From a virus (Duplodnaviria; Caudoviricetes): DNA of 34,263 nt. Position 1 is the stretch's first letter. The number at the start of each line of letters is the position of its first letter. This document shows positions 7,317 through 17,494 of the stretch, piece by piece. The stretch spans positions 1 to 34,263 of the IMG/VR virus record IMGVR_UViG_3300045825_000820. One strand, 5' to 3'. A program made the translations under genes and the position numbers. Below the pieces are notes generated by a model. It did no database searches, was not told the origin of the DNA, and saw only the letters and a list, made by a program, of their open reading frames with translations.

Positions 7317-8684
7317 TCAGAGATACAAGGCCGAGCGAAAGCCCACGGCGTTGCTCGTGTCGCCCCGCACAACGTAGAGATGCAACGCCCACACCCCCGC
7401 GCCCGCACCATCGCTCCAGCCGAACGCAGCGATCGGGCACATCTCATTGGGCTTGTAGTCCAGGAAATAGTCTTGTCCGAATGCGTTAGTGCCGCCGATG
7501 CCTGTAGCTAACGGGATGCCCGCTCCTGTTGCAGCCCATGCGTTACCGCTGACTGCGGCATTGAACACCTGGGTGGCAGAGCCGTAATAAGTAGTGCGGT
7601 TTGCGCCAGTTGCCCACAGTGCGCCGAACGTGGTTCCGAGGCTCGTGTACTGTGCGGCATAGGCGGTTGCGCCCCACGCATCCGTCGCCAGCGCATTGCC
7701 TGCGGTGATATTTTTCATCGCAGCAGCGGTGTTCAGAATATAGATGTTGGTCGCATCAGAAGTCAGTCCGAGGCAAATCTCATAAATCAGACCATTTTCA
7801 TCCGCCGAACCGCAGTTCTGCCCATTGTGCGTAGTGCGAGCAAAGAAGTTCGCACTACCTGTTTTCCCAGCACCTGCATAGGTTCCGTTGCCATCAGAAA
7901 TATATGCTATCGCGGCATCGTTCACGTCACCCAGTGCATTGTTGTTCAGGCCCTTGGGGAAATTAGTAATTCCAGCAGGGTCATACCATGCGCAAAACGT
8001 GGATGATGTTGCGGCCTGTCCGTGAACCTTGCTGACCGTAGCCGCCCATGTTTTCATAAATATGCTGGCAGGAAAGAAATTATTGCCGCGCGATTTGGCT
8101 GCGGCGATTGCGCCGTAATAAAAATTGGCAGGTGCTTGAGCGTTGCCTGTACAAGCTGAAAATACCGCTGTGGCCAAGATTCCGCGCTGCGCGCTCGTGA
8201 CCGGGATGCCGTTCTTGATGCTGGATGCGATGCCTCCGTTATTGCTGCACTTGAAGGCGTCTCGGAAATATCCGGGCTGAAGCGCGCCGTTGTCGTAGAA
8301 CGCACGAGGGACTGAGTAACCCGCCGCATTAGCCGTGGCGACATCAGGGTACGTGCTGAACGGAACAATGGAATCCTGATTGATCGCCAAACCGTTCGCG
8401 CCGGTACCGCGCTTGATATAAGCGACTGGCCACCAGATCATCACGGAACCATCCGAATATTGATAGTGACCGTAGTTATCGCTGGACTGATCGCGGCACC
8501 CGGTCATTTCGACCATTCCGGCAGGCAAGGCATTCGGACAGATGCCGACACCGAATCCGCGCTGCCCGGGGATGCCGATGTTATTTACTGTTCCAGCAGC
8601 TCCAGTGCCGATGGTAATACCCGTTGGGAACGATACCGGCTGACCGTCTTTTCCGGTGATGCTGCGTAAATTTAAATTGCTCAT
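7317..8684 (-). CDS. DGR target protein, probable receptor-binding tail protein with C-terminal CLec fold
   Basis: Carries the VR at its 3' end (...VGFRSALYL); HNGQNCGSADENGLIYE resembles the CLec/FGE-type motif; last gene of the tail module. Confidence 0.9.
   Translation of the reverse strand: MSNLNLRSITGKDGQPVSFPTGITIGTGAAGTVNNIGIPGQRGFGVGICPNALPAGMVEMTGCRDQSSDNYGHYQYSDGSVMIWWPVAYIKRGTGANGLAINQDSIVPFSTYPDVATANAAGYSVPRAFYDNGALQPGYFRDAFKCSNNGGIASSIKNGIPVTSAQRGILATAVFSACTGNAQAPANFYYGAIAAAKSRGNNFFPASIFMKTWAATVSKVHGQAATSSTFCAWYDPAGITNFPKGLNNNALGDVNDAAIAYISDGNGTYAGAGKTGSANFFARTTHNGQNCGSADENGLIYEICLGLTSDATNIYILNTAAAMKNITAGNALATDAWGATAYAAQYTSLGTTFGALWATGANRTTYYGSATQVFNAAVSGNAWAATGAGIPLATGIGGTNAFGQDYFLDYKPNEMCPIAAFGWSDGAGAGVWALHLYVVRGDTSNAVGFRSALYL
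7329..7442 (-). repeat. DGR variable repeat (VR)
   Basis: 100/114 identical to TR; all 14 mismatches are at TR adenines. Confidence 0.97.
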
Positions 8685-8693
8685 AATTTCTCC

Positions 8694-9185
8694 TTATCCA
8701 AGAATTGTCCAGTTTGAAAAATCATCGAGAGTGACATTCACTCCCTCTCCTATTGTTAGTGGCCCTATTGAATATGCGTTGTAATAACTAGGCACGCTGC
8801 AATCCGCCAGCACCGTCGAGAGGTGCATGCTGATAATTGGGTTTAGGCTGGGATTGGCCGCCAGCGCCGCCGTCCATGCAGCCTGAGCGGCCGCGCTTGA
8901 TGCTGCTGCGGAAACCTGCGATGCCGCTGCCGCCAGCGCATTGGCAGCGGCATTTGAAAGCCCGGCGCTGAGTGCGCTCTGAACCAGCGAAGCCACCGCT
9001 AGCGCATTGGCGTTAACCTCTCCTGCCACGATATTGAACTGTGCGGCCAAGGTGGTGTACTGCGGCCCCATCGCAGTGAGCGCGGCCATAAAAGCATCCG
9101 CAATGGCGGTGTAGACATCCGGGTTCTGAATCCCTCGATTTGGCGAGGGCGGCATCACAGCAATCGTCTGTGTAATCGTGGTCAT
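8694..9185 (-). CDS. Short tail-fibre/adaptor protein
   Basis: Ala-rich coiled coil and C-terminal NAYSIGPLTIGEGVNVTLDDFSNWTI beta motif; directly upstream of the DGR target. Confidence 0.65.
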   Translation of the reverse strand: MTTITQTIAVMPPSPNRGIQNPDVYTAIADAFMAALTAMGPQYTTLAAQFNIVAGEVNANALAVASLVQSALSAGLSNAAANALAAAASQVSAAASSAAAQAAWTAALAANPSLNPIISMHLSTVLADCSVPSYYNAYSIGPLTIGEGVNVTLDDFSNWTILG

Positions 9186-10342
9186 ATTAGGCTCTCGATA
9201 GAAATAGTGCAGATTGAGGTAAGGGGGCCGGGGATGACGATGTTGAAATCATTGAATTTCCCGTAATAAGATAAACCATCAAAATTCGTGCTGCCGATGT
9301 AGATGGCAGGGGTAACGCGGAGTTTGGCCAGCCTGCGCTTGAGTTCCCCTATAAAAGCGTTGTCCACGACCACGGTAAAATCTCCGGTGTCCGAATAATC
9401 CCCCTCTTGGAAATAGTAGTGCCCCCACGCATCTTTTGCTTTGATCGAGTAATCGATAATGCCGATCTTTGCACCGTACTGCGACTCGCCAATATCATTG
9501 CGCTTGCCGAATTTGCAGGTTCCGCACAGTACAGTTTCACCCGGGGCCGATAAGGTGATAGTGATAAGCGGATTGTTGTACGGCTGCATATCAATTTCGA
9601 TGCATTCGTCTTTCCGCACAATCGGTTCCAAAAAGTATTTATACAGATTGTTGATCCCGGAGCTGGATACCATGCTGTACGTTTTATCGTAAACAGCCCC
9701 GTCGGCCACGGTAGACATCTGGAAACGCACGGTTGCCGCCGACACATTTTTAAGCGCGACAGAATCGAGGCGGCCGCTGCCTTGAAAAACAACCGTAATG
9801 CTATCCATCGCGGAGGATTGGGAGCCATTCACATCATCGAACATGGAATACAGATTGGTTGATCCAAGCGGCTGCCAGTAAGTAATGCTTTGCAGCGGAT
9901 AGGTATTGACGGGAACAGCCTGAAGCGCCTTGAAAACTTGATGTACCTGCGCGGTGATCGTCAGCGTCCCGGTGCCCGCACTTGCCGCATCGAGCGGGAT
10001 GCCATTCTTTTTGGCGGACAGATTAAAGGTGCCTGGCACGCTATTGATAATCCAGTACAACACCCCCGCCACGAAGCCGGGCGGCAATGTGCCGGTCGAA
10101 GCTAATAGCACCGGGATTGCATCCACCAAGCCATGCGATGCCCAGTTGAATACGGCGGGTGAACCGGCGGTGCAGATCGTAGCCGCCGCGCCGCTGACTG
10201 AGGGATTAACCACGCGCACTTTATCGCCCAGATTGTAGGTGAGCGCCGGATTGGAATAGTAATCGCGCAGCCCGTCCGTCTCCGGGATCGAGCTGGAAAC
10301 AAGCGACACGCTGGTCACTGGACTGGGTTCGATGATAATCAT
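9182..10342 (-). CDS. Tail tip (distal tail/hub-like) protein with inserted beta-domain
   Basis: 386 aa, beta-rich, coupled to the tape measure stop. Confidence 0.65.
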   Translation of the reverse strand: MIIIEPSPVTSVSLVSSSIPETDGLRDYYSNPALTYNLGDKVRVVNPSVSGAAATICTAGSPAVFNWASHGLVDAIPVLLASTGTLPPGFVAGVLYWIINSVPGTFNLSAKKNGIPLDAASAGTGTLTITAQVHQVFKALQAVPVNTYPLQSITYWQPLGSTNLYSMFDDVNGSQSSAMDSITVVFQGSGRLDSVALKNVSAATVRFQMSTVADGAVYDKTYSMVSSSGINNLYKYFLEPIVRKDECIEIDMQPYNNPLITITLSAPGETVLCGTCKFGKRNDIGESQYGAKIGIIDYSIKAKDAWGHYYFQEGDYSDTGDFTVVVDNAFIGELKRRLAKLRVTPAIYIGSTNFDGLSYYGKFNDFNIVIPGPLTSICTISIESLI

Positions 10343-13300
10343 GCTGGCAGCACCTTTACCCCAAGCCCAAGAGCTTGCCAGCGAGTTAAAATTTTTGTAG
10401 CTTTATCTGTATTGTTCGCAGTTTTACCGCTGCTGATCGCGATGGCGATTTGTGCGTCATGATTTTCGGTGCGGAGCTGCTTTACCTCGGTAACCAGCGC
10501 GGAATTACTTTCTGTCAGGCGCTTGAGTAGCGCATTGGTTTCGTCGCGGGCTGAACGTTGCAAGTCCACAAATGGGCGAGGGGTTATTTCTTCGCCTTGG
10601 TGAATATAGGCTGGGCCATCTTGCGTGATGTAGTTGGATCCGATTGAGTAGGATGGTAGAAGATCATAGGCAGATTGGGCTGTTGCCTGAGCATTTTTTG
10701 CTTTATTTTGCGCAGTAGCGATAGTAAAAAGCGCAGCGTTATTTTGCGCTTGGGAGGGGTAATTGGTATTGCTCCAAGTTTGATATGACGCATTAGCTGC
10801 TGCCGTATCGGCTATTGCATTATTTAATATTAGCAATGCGGCATTTTTAGCTTTGGTGTGCGCAGGGTCTGGGTTATCCGGTCCATACGGAATAACTGTC
10901 TGTGTTGTTGATGGCGCGCTTATTGCCGTCAACGATGGCGCAGCCTGATTATTTACGGTATTAATAATGGCATTACTCGATGTGACTACTGGCGTTGACT
11001 GCCCGTAATTTCCAGCGGCTGGCGTTGTTGATCCGGTAGCCGGGACGAACGCATATGGTGCAGTTGTATACGTCGATGTAGATGTCACTACCGCCGCAGG
11101 TTTTGGCAGCGCGTTAACGACAGTCGTTATCGCGTCAATCAACGATTTCATGTTTGTATCAATCTTGCCAATATAACTATTCAGCGCGGTGATTGCGTCG
11201 GCACTTGATGTCGATGCAGTCAAAGAATAGTTATTTGTCGCTGTGGCATAGTCCGCCATTTTTTTAGCCAGGTCAATCGTGGCCGTGTTGGTTGCGAAAG
11301 TATTCTGGCGAATCACGTCTGAGATATTGTTAAGCGTATCGAGTGCCGTCAACATGCTTACGCCATTGGCAATCACCGTGTCGTTGAACGAGATGGTATT
11401 GGTAGTTGCGTTTAGAACCTTCGCCATATCCGCCTGATATTGGGTATAGCTGGCTGACGTTTTCGAGGCGTTTAATAAATCCTGCCCGGCAGATTGCAAA
11501 CGATTCTGTGCAACCGTGTCACCTGTTGCGGCCTTGGCGGCGATTTGACCAAAGAATGCTTGAGCGTCCTGATATTTAGCTAGCGGATTTGTCTGCATCG
11601 CCATATCAACTTTAATCGACCGCTGAAAGTCTGTCAGTGTCAGATTGAATTGTTTCAGGCCAGTGATTGCGCCAACTACGGCATCCCGCGATGAAATCAT
11701 CGTGTCATACGATTGACGCAGGCGGTCAATCCCCGCCTGTAATCCAGTTAAGAATGCAGAGAAGGAATTCGACGCGGCAAGAATCTGTGCCTTTTGCGCG
11801 TCGGTAATTCCGCTCGTCATCGCCGCCGTGACATAAGCCGCCATCTGTGTAGCGGTAGTTTTGTTGCTTACCAGACTATCAATCGCTGTGCCGCTAAACT
11901 GCGCCTTGGAGTCTGCATAGGCATTGCTGATCTGCTGTGAACTAGTGGTGTAAAACTTGGTGAACTGCTGCAACGATGCCAGCAACCTATCCAGACCACC
12001 TGCGGCCTTGGTTAAGTTATCCGTCAGCGTAAATGTACTCGCACTCGCCACCGTTTGCGCGCCGCCCAGGTGATTCAATGCCGTCACTACAGATTGATTC
12101 TGCGCAGTGATTCTGATCACGGTTTGCGCCATACCTTCTCCGGCTACTTGAAACTTCACCATCGTCGGGAATAATTGCGTCGCCATCGCATCCGCAGCTT
12201 TTGAAATAGCATTCATCACGGCGTTTTGTTGTTCTGCCACCGTCATGTTCATCAAACTCAGGCTACCTATTCCGACTTGCATAGCGTTCATCTTCGCGTC
12301 AAAAGTCGAGGTGTCCTGCCCCATCGCCGTAGCCGCCGTTTTAAAGGTAGCTGCCACGCCGTCGAATATCGTGCCAAATGCCTTGTTTACGTCCGCGCTT
12401 ACGCCCGCCGTATTGGTTGAACTCGTAGTGTTTGAATACAAGCCAAGGATGTTCTGCGTTTGATCTGCGGTCACGTACTGGTTAATGCTTCCCTGCCCTT
12501 GCCTAAATTGGCCTAGCGTGCCATTAATGCTCATCCCTTTATCGGTGACAGTTTGGCTGGCGCTGCTACCCATTGCGCCCACGATGCCGCCAACCACCGC
12601 CCCGATGGCTGTTCCAATTACCGGCACAATTGAACCAACTAGCGCGCCAATCCCCGCGCCGACAGCAGCCCCCTCTATTTTGAGCAAAGGGTTTGCCATG
12701 CCGCCAGAAACAACGCCCAAATTTGAGTTGAGCGAACCGCCTACCGCCTTTAGTGCAATAGTTAAAAAGTTCTGCATGCTCGCATCGACTGACTTGAGAG
12801 ATGCGGCCATACTCACGGTGACCGGTGTAGCGTCTAACTGCGCTTGCGCGATGATAGAAATCCCGTTTGCGATCGAGGCGGACTTTGCGCCATAGTCTCC
12901 CAACACACTGCCGGTTCCAGTAAGCGATTGACGCTGTGCGGCACTCATAGAGGCGTTACTGCTGCTCAAGGCAGACAGCACGATGGGGATTGCGGCCAGC
13001 GCCAATGTACTTCCTTGTGCTGCGGTCAAATTCGGCGCGGAACTTTGTGACATGCTGCCGTCTGCATTTTTGGTGCCCTTCCAGTTAATCCCCTTAACCC
13101 AATCCATACCCGCAGCCATAGACGCGCCGATATTGGCAGAGAATTCCTTCATCCCGGTCGCGTTCACCAGCGTGTCATTAACACCCTTGCTAAATTCAGT
13201 CCCCATCGACTTGCCGAAACTCTTTGCAGTGCTGTCAATAACATTTGCCCCGGGCGCAAAGGCGCTGGAATAAACGTTTTCAAGTTGGGGTGCGTATTTT

Positions 13301-15294
13301 TTGCTGGCGACTTCCTGAGCGTTATTCTGTTCCGACTTGATAAGCTTTTCGTTTGCTGCAATTCTCTTCTCAAGCCCCGCCACGATCACGGTGTTTTGCG
13401 ATAGCCATTGCATTGCCGCCTTATCCTCAGCAATCGATTTTTCAATTTCCGCAATTTTTAACGCATCAATCTCGTCCTTTGACTTCCCCATTGATGCCGT
13501 ACTGAGATCGAGCGCGATACTTCTTTTACTGATCGAATCTGCTTCGCGTGCTATCGACTCGGCCTTATGCGTAGAAAGCTCGGTGAGTTTTTTCGCATCC
13601 GCAGCTTCCTTATCGGACGCAGACTTGTCTATCTGCGCAACCGCTTCAGGAATAAGTTGTTTAATTTTGTAGTTCGCGTCAGATTGGGTAATCACACCAT
13701 GACTAGCTTGCGCCTGTACTTCGATAATTTTCTTCTGTGCTTCAACCAGCTTGATCGTTGAGTCGGTTTCGGTATTCAGAATAAATATACGCGCTTCCGC
13801 ATCCGCAGCTTCCTTGGCGTGCGATTTATTCAGCGCCTCCGCTTCGCGCTGCGCTTTGGTTTTCTTATCGCCAATCTGGTTGATCTGATCTGCAATCTGC
13901 GCCTCGCGCTCCATCACCTTCACGGTTTGAGTTTGCTTGTTAAGCCAATCCATTGTTACTTGCAACGCGGCTACTTTGCTACTGTCGGTATTTTCTAATT
14001 CCTTCCTAAGTTTCAGTTCGTTCTTGACCAGCTCATTTTTTTCATTTTGCGCCGCGACATCTTTCTTCTCAAACTCATCCTTGGCTTGCAGCATTGCCAG
14101 CTCGCCAGCTAATTCAGCATGACTCTTACCCAAAAAACCCGTACCGGCGTTTGATCGCTGATCGGCTGTCTGAATTTCCTGCTTTTTTTGACCGATTAAC
14201 TCTTGCGTTGTAGGTACGTGACCAATGCCATTGTAGGCATTCTTTAATCCGTTCCATGCCGACGTTAGTAACCCGACACTTTGCGTTTCTTTATCGAGAT
14301 GAGCATTGGCCTTTTCGGCTAAAACTAATTGCGCCTTCTGCTCTTCACCGGCGCGCTGCAATGATTCGATGTAATCCAAATCGGCAGCAGTTAAAAAGTG
14401 CATCGACTTGTTCAGCTCTTCCGCGCCCTTGAGCGGATCGGAAAATAGCTTTACCAACTCCGGCGCCACTTTTTCAATATCGGTGCCGGTCGCGCGGGCA
14501 TAGTTGGCCGATAGCTGTGCAACCTCGCCCATCGCCTGCGCGCCGATCTGCCCGGAGGCGACCAGCGCGGTAACAATATCCTTGGAGGCGCCGACGGTGA
14601 TCTGTCCGCTGTCCGCCATGCTTCGGGCTAGAGAGTCCATCCCGCTGCGCGTCATCCCGGCGTAGTTGTTAGTCACAGCCAGCGCGTTATTCATCGCGTC
14701 CGTCTCGACGCGAGCTTTTTCAAAAGCGTAGGCCATGCCGGCAGCCGCCGCGACCACCGCACCAATACCGATCCCGACAGGGCTTAGCATAGCGGGCAAG
14801 ATACCGAACGCGTTAGCCAGGATAGACGCACTACCGGCCATCTTTGTGGAGTCACCCCTTGATGCCTCGCGCATCAGCACCAGTGATTCACGAATTGCCG
14901 CCGAGTTGGTTTTAACCGATCCGGTATGCGCATCGTTAGCCGCAACATCCGCAGACGAGGCGGCTGAAATTTTGATTAATTGCCCTTCGACTTCTTTATA
15001 TCCGTTGGCTAGCGCATACGCCTTGTCGCGTTGTGCATCAAAATATTTCTGCTGACTTTCAGATACGGAGTTTTGACGTGCGACAGCGGCAGATACTTCC
15101 GCGCTGGACCTCTTCACCGTGTTCAATGATTCGCTTAAGCGACCATTGGCCGCGTTGAGTTTGTCCGCCTCAGAGCCGAGCGTGCGCGCCGAAGCGCCGA
15201 GCTTATCCTGCTCTGCGCGCACTTCCTTGATCGCCCCGACCGCTTCCTTGTTGTCGGCGGTCAGGCGAATCCCAATAATATGCTCAGCGGCCAC
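10339..15294 (-). CDS. Tape measure protein
   Basis: 1651 aa, Ala-rich helical; lambda-H-like DPLKGAEELNKSMHFLT, glycine-zipper hydrophobic segments, C-terminal AYIHQGEEI. Confidence 0.93.
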   Translation of the reverse strand: MAAEHIIGIRLTADNKEAVGAIKEVRAEQDKLGASARTLGSEADKLNAANGRLSESLNTVKRSSAEVSAAVARQNSVSESQQKYFDAQRDKAYALANGYKEVEGQLIKISAASSADVAANDAHTGSVKTNSAAIRESLVLMREASRGDSTKMAGSASILANAFGILPAMLSPVGIGIGAVVAAAAGMAYAFEKARVETDAMNNALAVTNNYAGMTRSGMDSLARSMADSGQITVGASKDIVTALVASGQIGAQAMGEVAQLSANYARATGTDIEKVAPELVKLFSDPLKGAEELNKSMHFLTAADLDYIESLQRAGEEQKAQLVLAEKANAHLDKETQSVGLLTSAWNGLKNAYNGIGHVPTTQELIGQKKQEIQTADQRSNAGTGFLGKSHAELAGELAMLQAKDEFEKKDVAAQNEKNELVKNELKLRKELENTDSSKVAALQVTMDWLNKQTQTVKVMEREAQIADQINQIGDKKTKAQREAEALNKSHAKEAADAEARIFILNTETDSTIKLVEAQKKIIEVQAQASHGVITQSDANYKIKQLIPEAVAQIDKSASDKEAADAKKLTELSTHKAESIAREADSISKRSIALDLSTASMGKSKDEIDALKIAEIEKSIAEDKAAMQWLSQNTVIVAGLEKRIAANEKLIKSEQNNAQEVASKKYAPQLENVYSSAFAPGANVIDSTAKSFGKSMGTEFSKGVNDTLVNATGMKEFSANIGASMAAGMDWVKGINWKGTKNADGSMSQSSAPNLTAAQGSTLALAAIPIVLSALSSSNASMSAAQRQSLTGTGSVLGDYGAKSASIANGISIIAQAQLDATPVTVSMAASLKSVDASMQNFLTIALKAVGGSLNSNLGVVSGGMANPLLKIEGAAVGAGIGALVGSIVPVIGTAIGAVVGGIVGAMGSSASQTVTDKGMSINGTLGQFRQGQGSINQYVTADQTQNILGLYSNTTSSTNTAGVSADVNKAFGTIFDGVAATFKTAATAMGQDTSTFDAKMNAMQVGIGSLSLMNMTVAEQQNAVMNAISKAADAMATQLFPTMVKFQVAGEGMAQTVIRITAQNQSVVTALNHLGGAQTVASASTFTLTDNLTKAAGGLDRLLASLQQFTKFYTTSSQQISNAYADSKAQFSGTAIDSLVSNKTTATQMAAYVTAAMTSGITDAQKAQILAASNSFSAFLTGLQAGIDRLRQSYDTMISSRDAVVGAITGLKQFNLTLTDFQRSIKVDMAMQTNPLAKYQDAQAFFGQIAAKAATGDTVAQNRLQSAGQDLLNASKTSASYTQYQADMAKVLNATTNTISFNDTVIANGVSMLTALDTLNNISDVIRQNTFATNTATIDLAKKMADYATATNNYSLTASTSSADAITALNSYIGKIDTNMKSLIDAITTVVNALPKPAAVVTSTSTYTTAPYAFVPATGSTTPAAGNYGQSTPVVTSSNAIINTVNNQAAPSLTAISAPSTTQTVIPYGPDNPDPAHTKAKNAALLILNNAIADTAAANASYQTWSNTNYPSQAQNNAALFTIATAQNKAKNAQATAQSAYDLLPSYSIGSNYITQDGPAYIHQGEEITPRPFVDLQRSARDETNALLKRLTESNSALVTEVKQLRTENHDAQIAIAISSGKTANNTDKATKILTRWQALGLGVKVLPA

Positions 15295-15658
15295 GATTCA
15301 ATATCCTCAATGCTTCGTTTTCCATCGCCTGTAGATCGTCAAAGACCTGCCTGTATTGGGTAGGATCGACCTGCATCAACCGCAATGTGCTTTCAATATC
15401 GGCACGCGGCAACCCGTAGAATCGACCGCTCATCCCGTCCTGCTGCCAGCGTGAGCTAAGCGCGCTGAACACCTCCCAGCTCGCCCAGTTCTCTGCCCAC
15501 ACTAAAAATACATCGTCGTTTATCTCTTGCTCGTCGGCCTCTGCGCCGATCATCGCGTCAATCTCTTCTTCGCTTAACTTGTATCCGCGCAGCTCTTCTC
15601 GATGCTTCTGGAGTGCTGTAGCGCCACTGTCGGTAGAGTCCCCTGCCCAATGGCGCAC
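15284..15658 (-). CDS. Tail assembly chaperone frameshift extension (DUF1799-like)
   Basis: VWAENWASWEVF...W...GL...LQAMENEAL; in the -1 frame relative to the upstream chaperone. Confidence 0.8.
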   Translation of the reverse strand: MRHWAGDSTDSGATALQKHREELRGYKLSEEEIDAMIGAEADEQEINDDVFLVWAENWASWEVFSALSSRWQQDGMSGRFYGLPRADIESTLRLMQVDPTQYRQVFDDLQAMENEALRILNRGR

Positions 15659-15663
15659 AGCCT

Positions 15664-16032
15664 CTATGAGTTTTTTCGCTTCGCCTTATTCCCTGCCGAC
15701 ATATCAATGTAAGCCACTACGATAGCGCGGCGCATGTATTGCACCTTCACCACGCGCTCCAGCAGCGAGGCAGAGAAATCAATCGGCTTATCGTCCGCGT
15801 CGGTGAACCCCTTCAGGTTGCGCACCACCTTGCGCAAAATTCCTGCATCGGGAGACTCGCTGCTATCTTTCAGGCTTTCCATCAAGTTGTCGTATTGATC
15901 CTGATCCAGCAGCAAAAAGTCAGCCGTGATTTCGTGGGTCTGTACTTTTCCGCCATCAATCGGCTTGGAAATAATCACCGGGCTATCCTTGATGATGCGC
16001 TCTTCGTTTTCGTCTTCCATTCTGATTGGCAT
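15664..16032 (-). CDS. Tail assembly chaperone
   Basis: Between tail tube and tape measure; ends KRKNS at a slippery site. Confidence 0.82.
   Translation of the reverse strand: MPIRMEDENEERIIKDSPVIISKPIDGGKVQTHEITADFLLLDQDQYDNLMESLKDSSESPDAGILRKVVRNLKGFTDADDKPIDFSASLLERVVKVQYMRRAIVVAYIDMSAGNKAKRKNS
15670..15676 (-). other. -1 programmed ribosomal frameshift site A AAA AAC
   Basis: CGA AAA AAC TCA TAG; the -1 frame reads LIEAVRHWAGD into 15284..15658. Confidence 0.85.
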
Positions 16033-16085
16033 GTCTTTTTCCTCTTTCTTTGATTTAACTAAAAACTATCGACTAACGACTGCCG

Positions 16086-17249
16086 TTAATACGTCACAAA
16101 TGCAAATTCATCACCACCGTCAATCGGCGTGACATCCATCGTCATACCGATCATGGCCGTGCCGTTACTGTCCGAATACTTCGGCGCCTTGAGCACAACA
16201 GCCGGAGCGCTGAGTGAAAAGATATTTCCCGCAACCGTACCATGGGTCAAAGCCAAAGGCCCCGGTGTAGCGGCGCGACAATCGCCGAACCAATCGTGCG
16301 CGGCAACATGCACCGCTTCCATGCTCACGCTGCCCGCAGGCTTGCGGTTGGTAATATCCACGCGCTGAGGAATACCAGGGCGCGACACCTTCGCGATGAC
16401 GTTGGCCAAGTCCATACTGAGCGAATCCAGCGCGGCGGCGTTATAGCCGTGCAACGAAAAGAAAGAGGTGTTGACGGCGTTGGCGATTAAGGGACGCTGC
16501 CATCCGGTTAATACAACCGCAGGGGAGGCGCCATCAACGACCGGAACATAAACCCCGGTGAGAGAGACTTTCGAAGTGGGCAACTTATCTGCGCTAATTT
16601 GTGGAATAGTTGCCGTGCCGCGCACACCCAAAAATTTATGCTGCACTCCGTCGATGTTGAAATACATCGTGACCGATTCAAGTGCCTGAGTAATGGGGCG
16701 GTAAGCCACGTTCGCACCGATACTGTAGGCGCTGGTTGCGTCTGGAGCTACCCATGCGGAAGAGGCGACAATAGCCGTCTTGGTCGCGCCGTTGTAGTCC
16801 ACGATGATGCCGCTTTGCCCGGCACCCGTCCCGGCGGTGATGCTGATCGGCATCCCGCTATAGAAATTATTGACTGCGGAAGCGGCGGCAGCAAGCACGA
16901 TACTGGTTATTGTTCCGCCTACCTGTGCCGAACCCGCTACGGGAGCGGCAAGAATCGTTTCTGATAATCCGCACGCACGCAGCACAGGGCCGTAGGCTGG
17001 CGGTGTTCCGGCAGTACCGGAACCGGCCAATTCCATTTCAAAATCGAGTTGCCCGAACGCGGCAGAGGGCATTGATCCCATATTGCCGAAGTACGGCAGA
17101 ATACTATTGCGCTGATCTTCCGTTGCTTCCAGCGGGTTTAGTGTCGGGTTGCCGCGCAACAAGACAGCGTTGGCCGCACCGGTTGGATTTGAATCAACAC
17201 CGTTGGTAGCTTCGATTTTTAACAGCAGCGTCGTGATTAATAATTTCAT
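16086..17249 (-). CDS. Major tail tube protein with inserted accessory domain
   Basis: ELAGSGTAGTPPAYGPVLRACG and HGTVAGN patterns; position before the chaperones. Confidence 0.85.
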   Translation of the reverse strand: MKLLITTLLLKIEATNGVDSNPTGAANAVLLRGNPTLNPLEATEDQRNSILPYFGNMGSMPSAAFGQLDFEMELAGSGTAGTPPAYGPVLRACGLSETILAAPVAGSAQVGGTITSIVLAAAASAVNNFYSGMPISITAGTGAGQSGIIVDYNGATKTAIVASSAWVAPDATSAYSIGANVAYRPITQALESVTMYFNIDGVQHKFLGVRGTATIPQISADKLPTSKVSLTGVYVPVVDGASPAVVLTGWQRPLIANAVNTSFFSLHGYNAAALDSLSMDLANVIAKVSRPGIPQRVDITNRKPAGSVSMEAVHVAAHDWFGDCRAATPGPLALTHGTVAGNIFSLSAPAVVLKAPKYSDSNGTAMIGMTMDVTPIDGGDEFAFVTY

Positions 17250-17275
17250 GTCATCTCTCCAAAATAAATTAGTGC

Positions 17276-17473
17276 TTATGCGTTGGGCTTGCGGGTTTGC
17301 GTGGCATCGTCCACCACATAGCTTCCGCCGTGGCAGTGATACGGATCAATCACAGCATCAGCGATAGTCGCATCAACTACCACCGGAGCAATAACACCCG
17401 TACCCTGAGCAACAGTTTCGGTCGTCACGTCACCCGTGTTATCGTCATTCAAATCCGTACTCTTCTTTGCCAT
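17276..17473 (-). CDS. Small phage protein
   Basis: AAGGAAG RBS; DPYHCHGGSYVVD motif; fills the gap before the tube gene. Confidence 0.6.
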   Translation of the reverse strand: MAKKSTDLNDDNTGDVTTETVAQGTGVIAPVVVDATIADAVIDPYHCHGGSYVVDDATQTRKPNA

Positions 17474-17494
17474 GATTCTTCCTTTCTAAAAAAA

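Larger units (their letters stand above)
5584..8684 (-). mobile_element. Diversity-generating retroelement (target/VR - avd - TR - RT)
   Basis: All four components present in the Bordetella BPP-1 order; TR/VR differences are adenine-specific. Confidence 0.98.
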
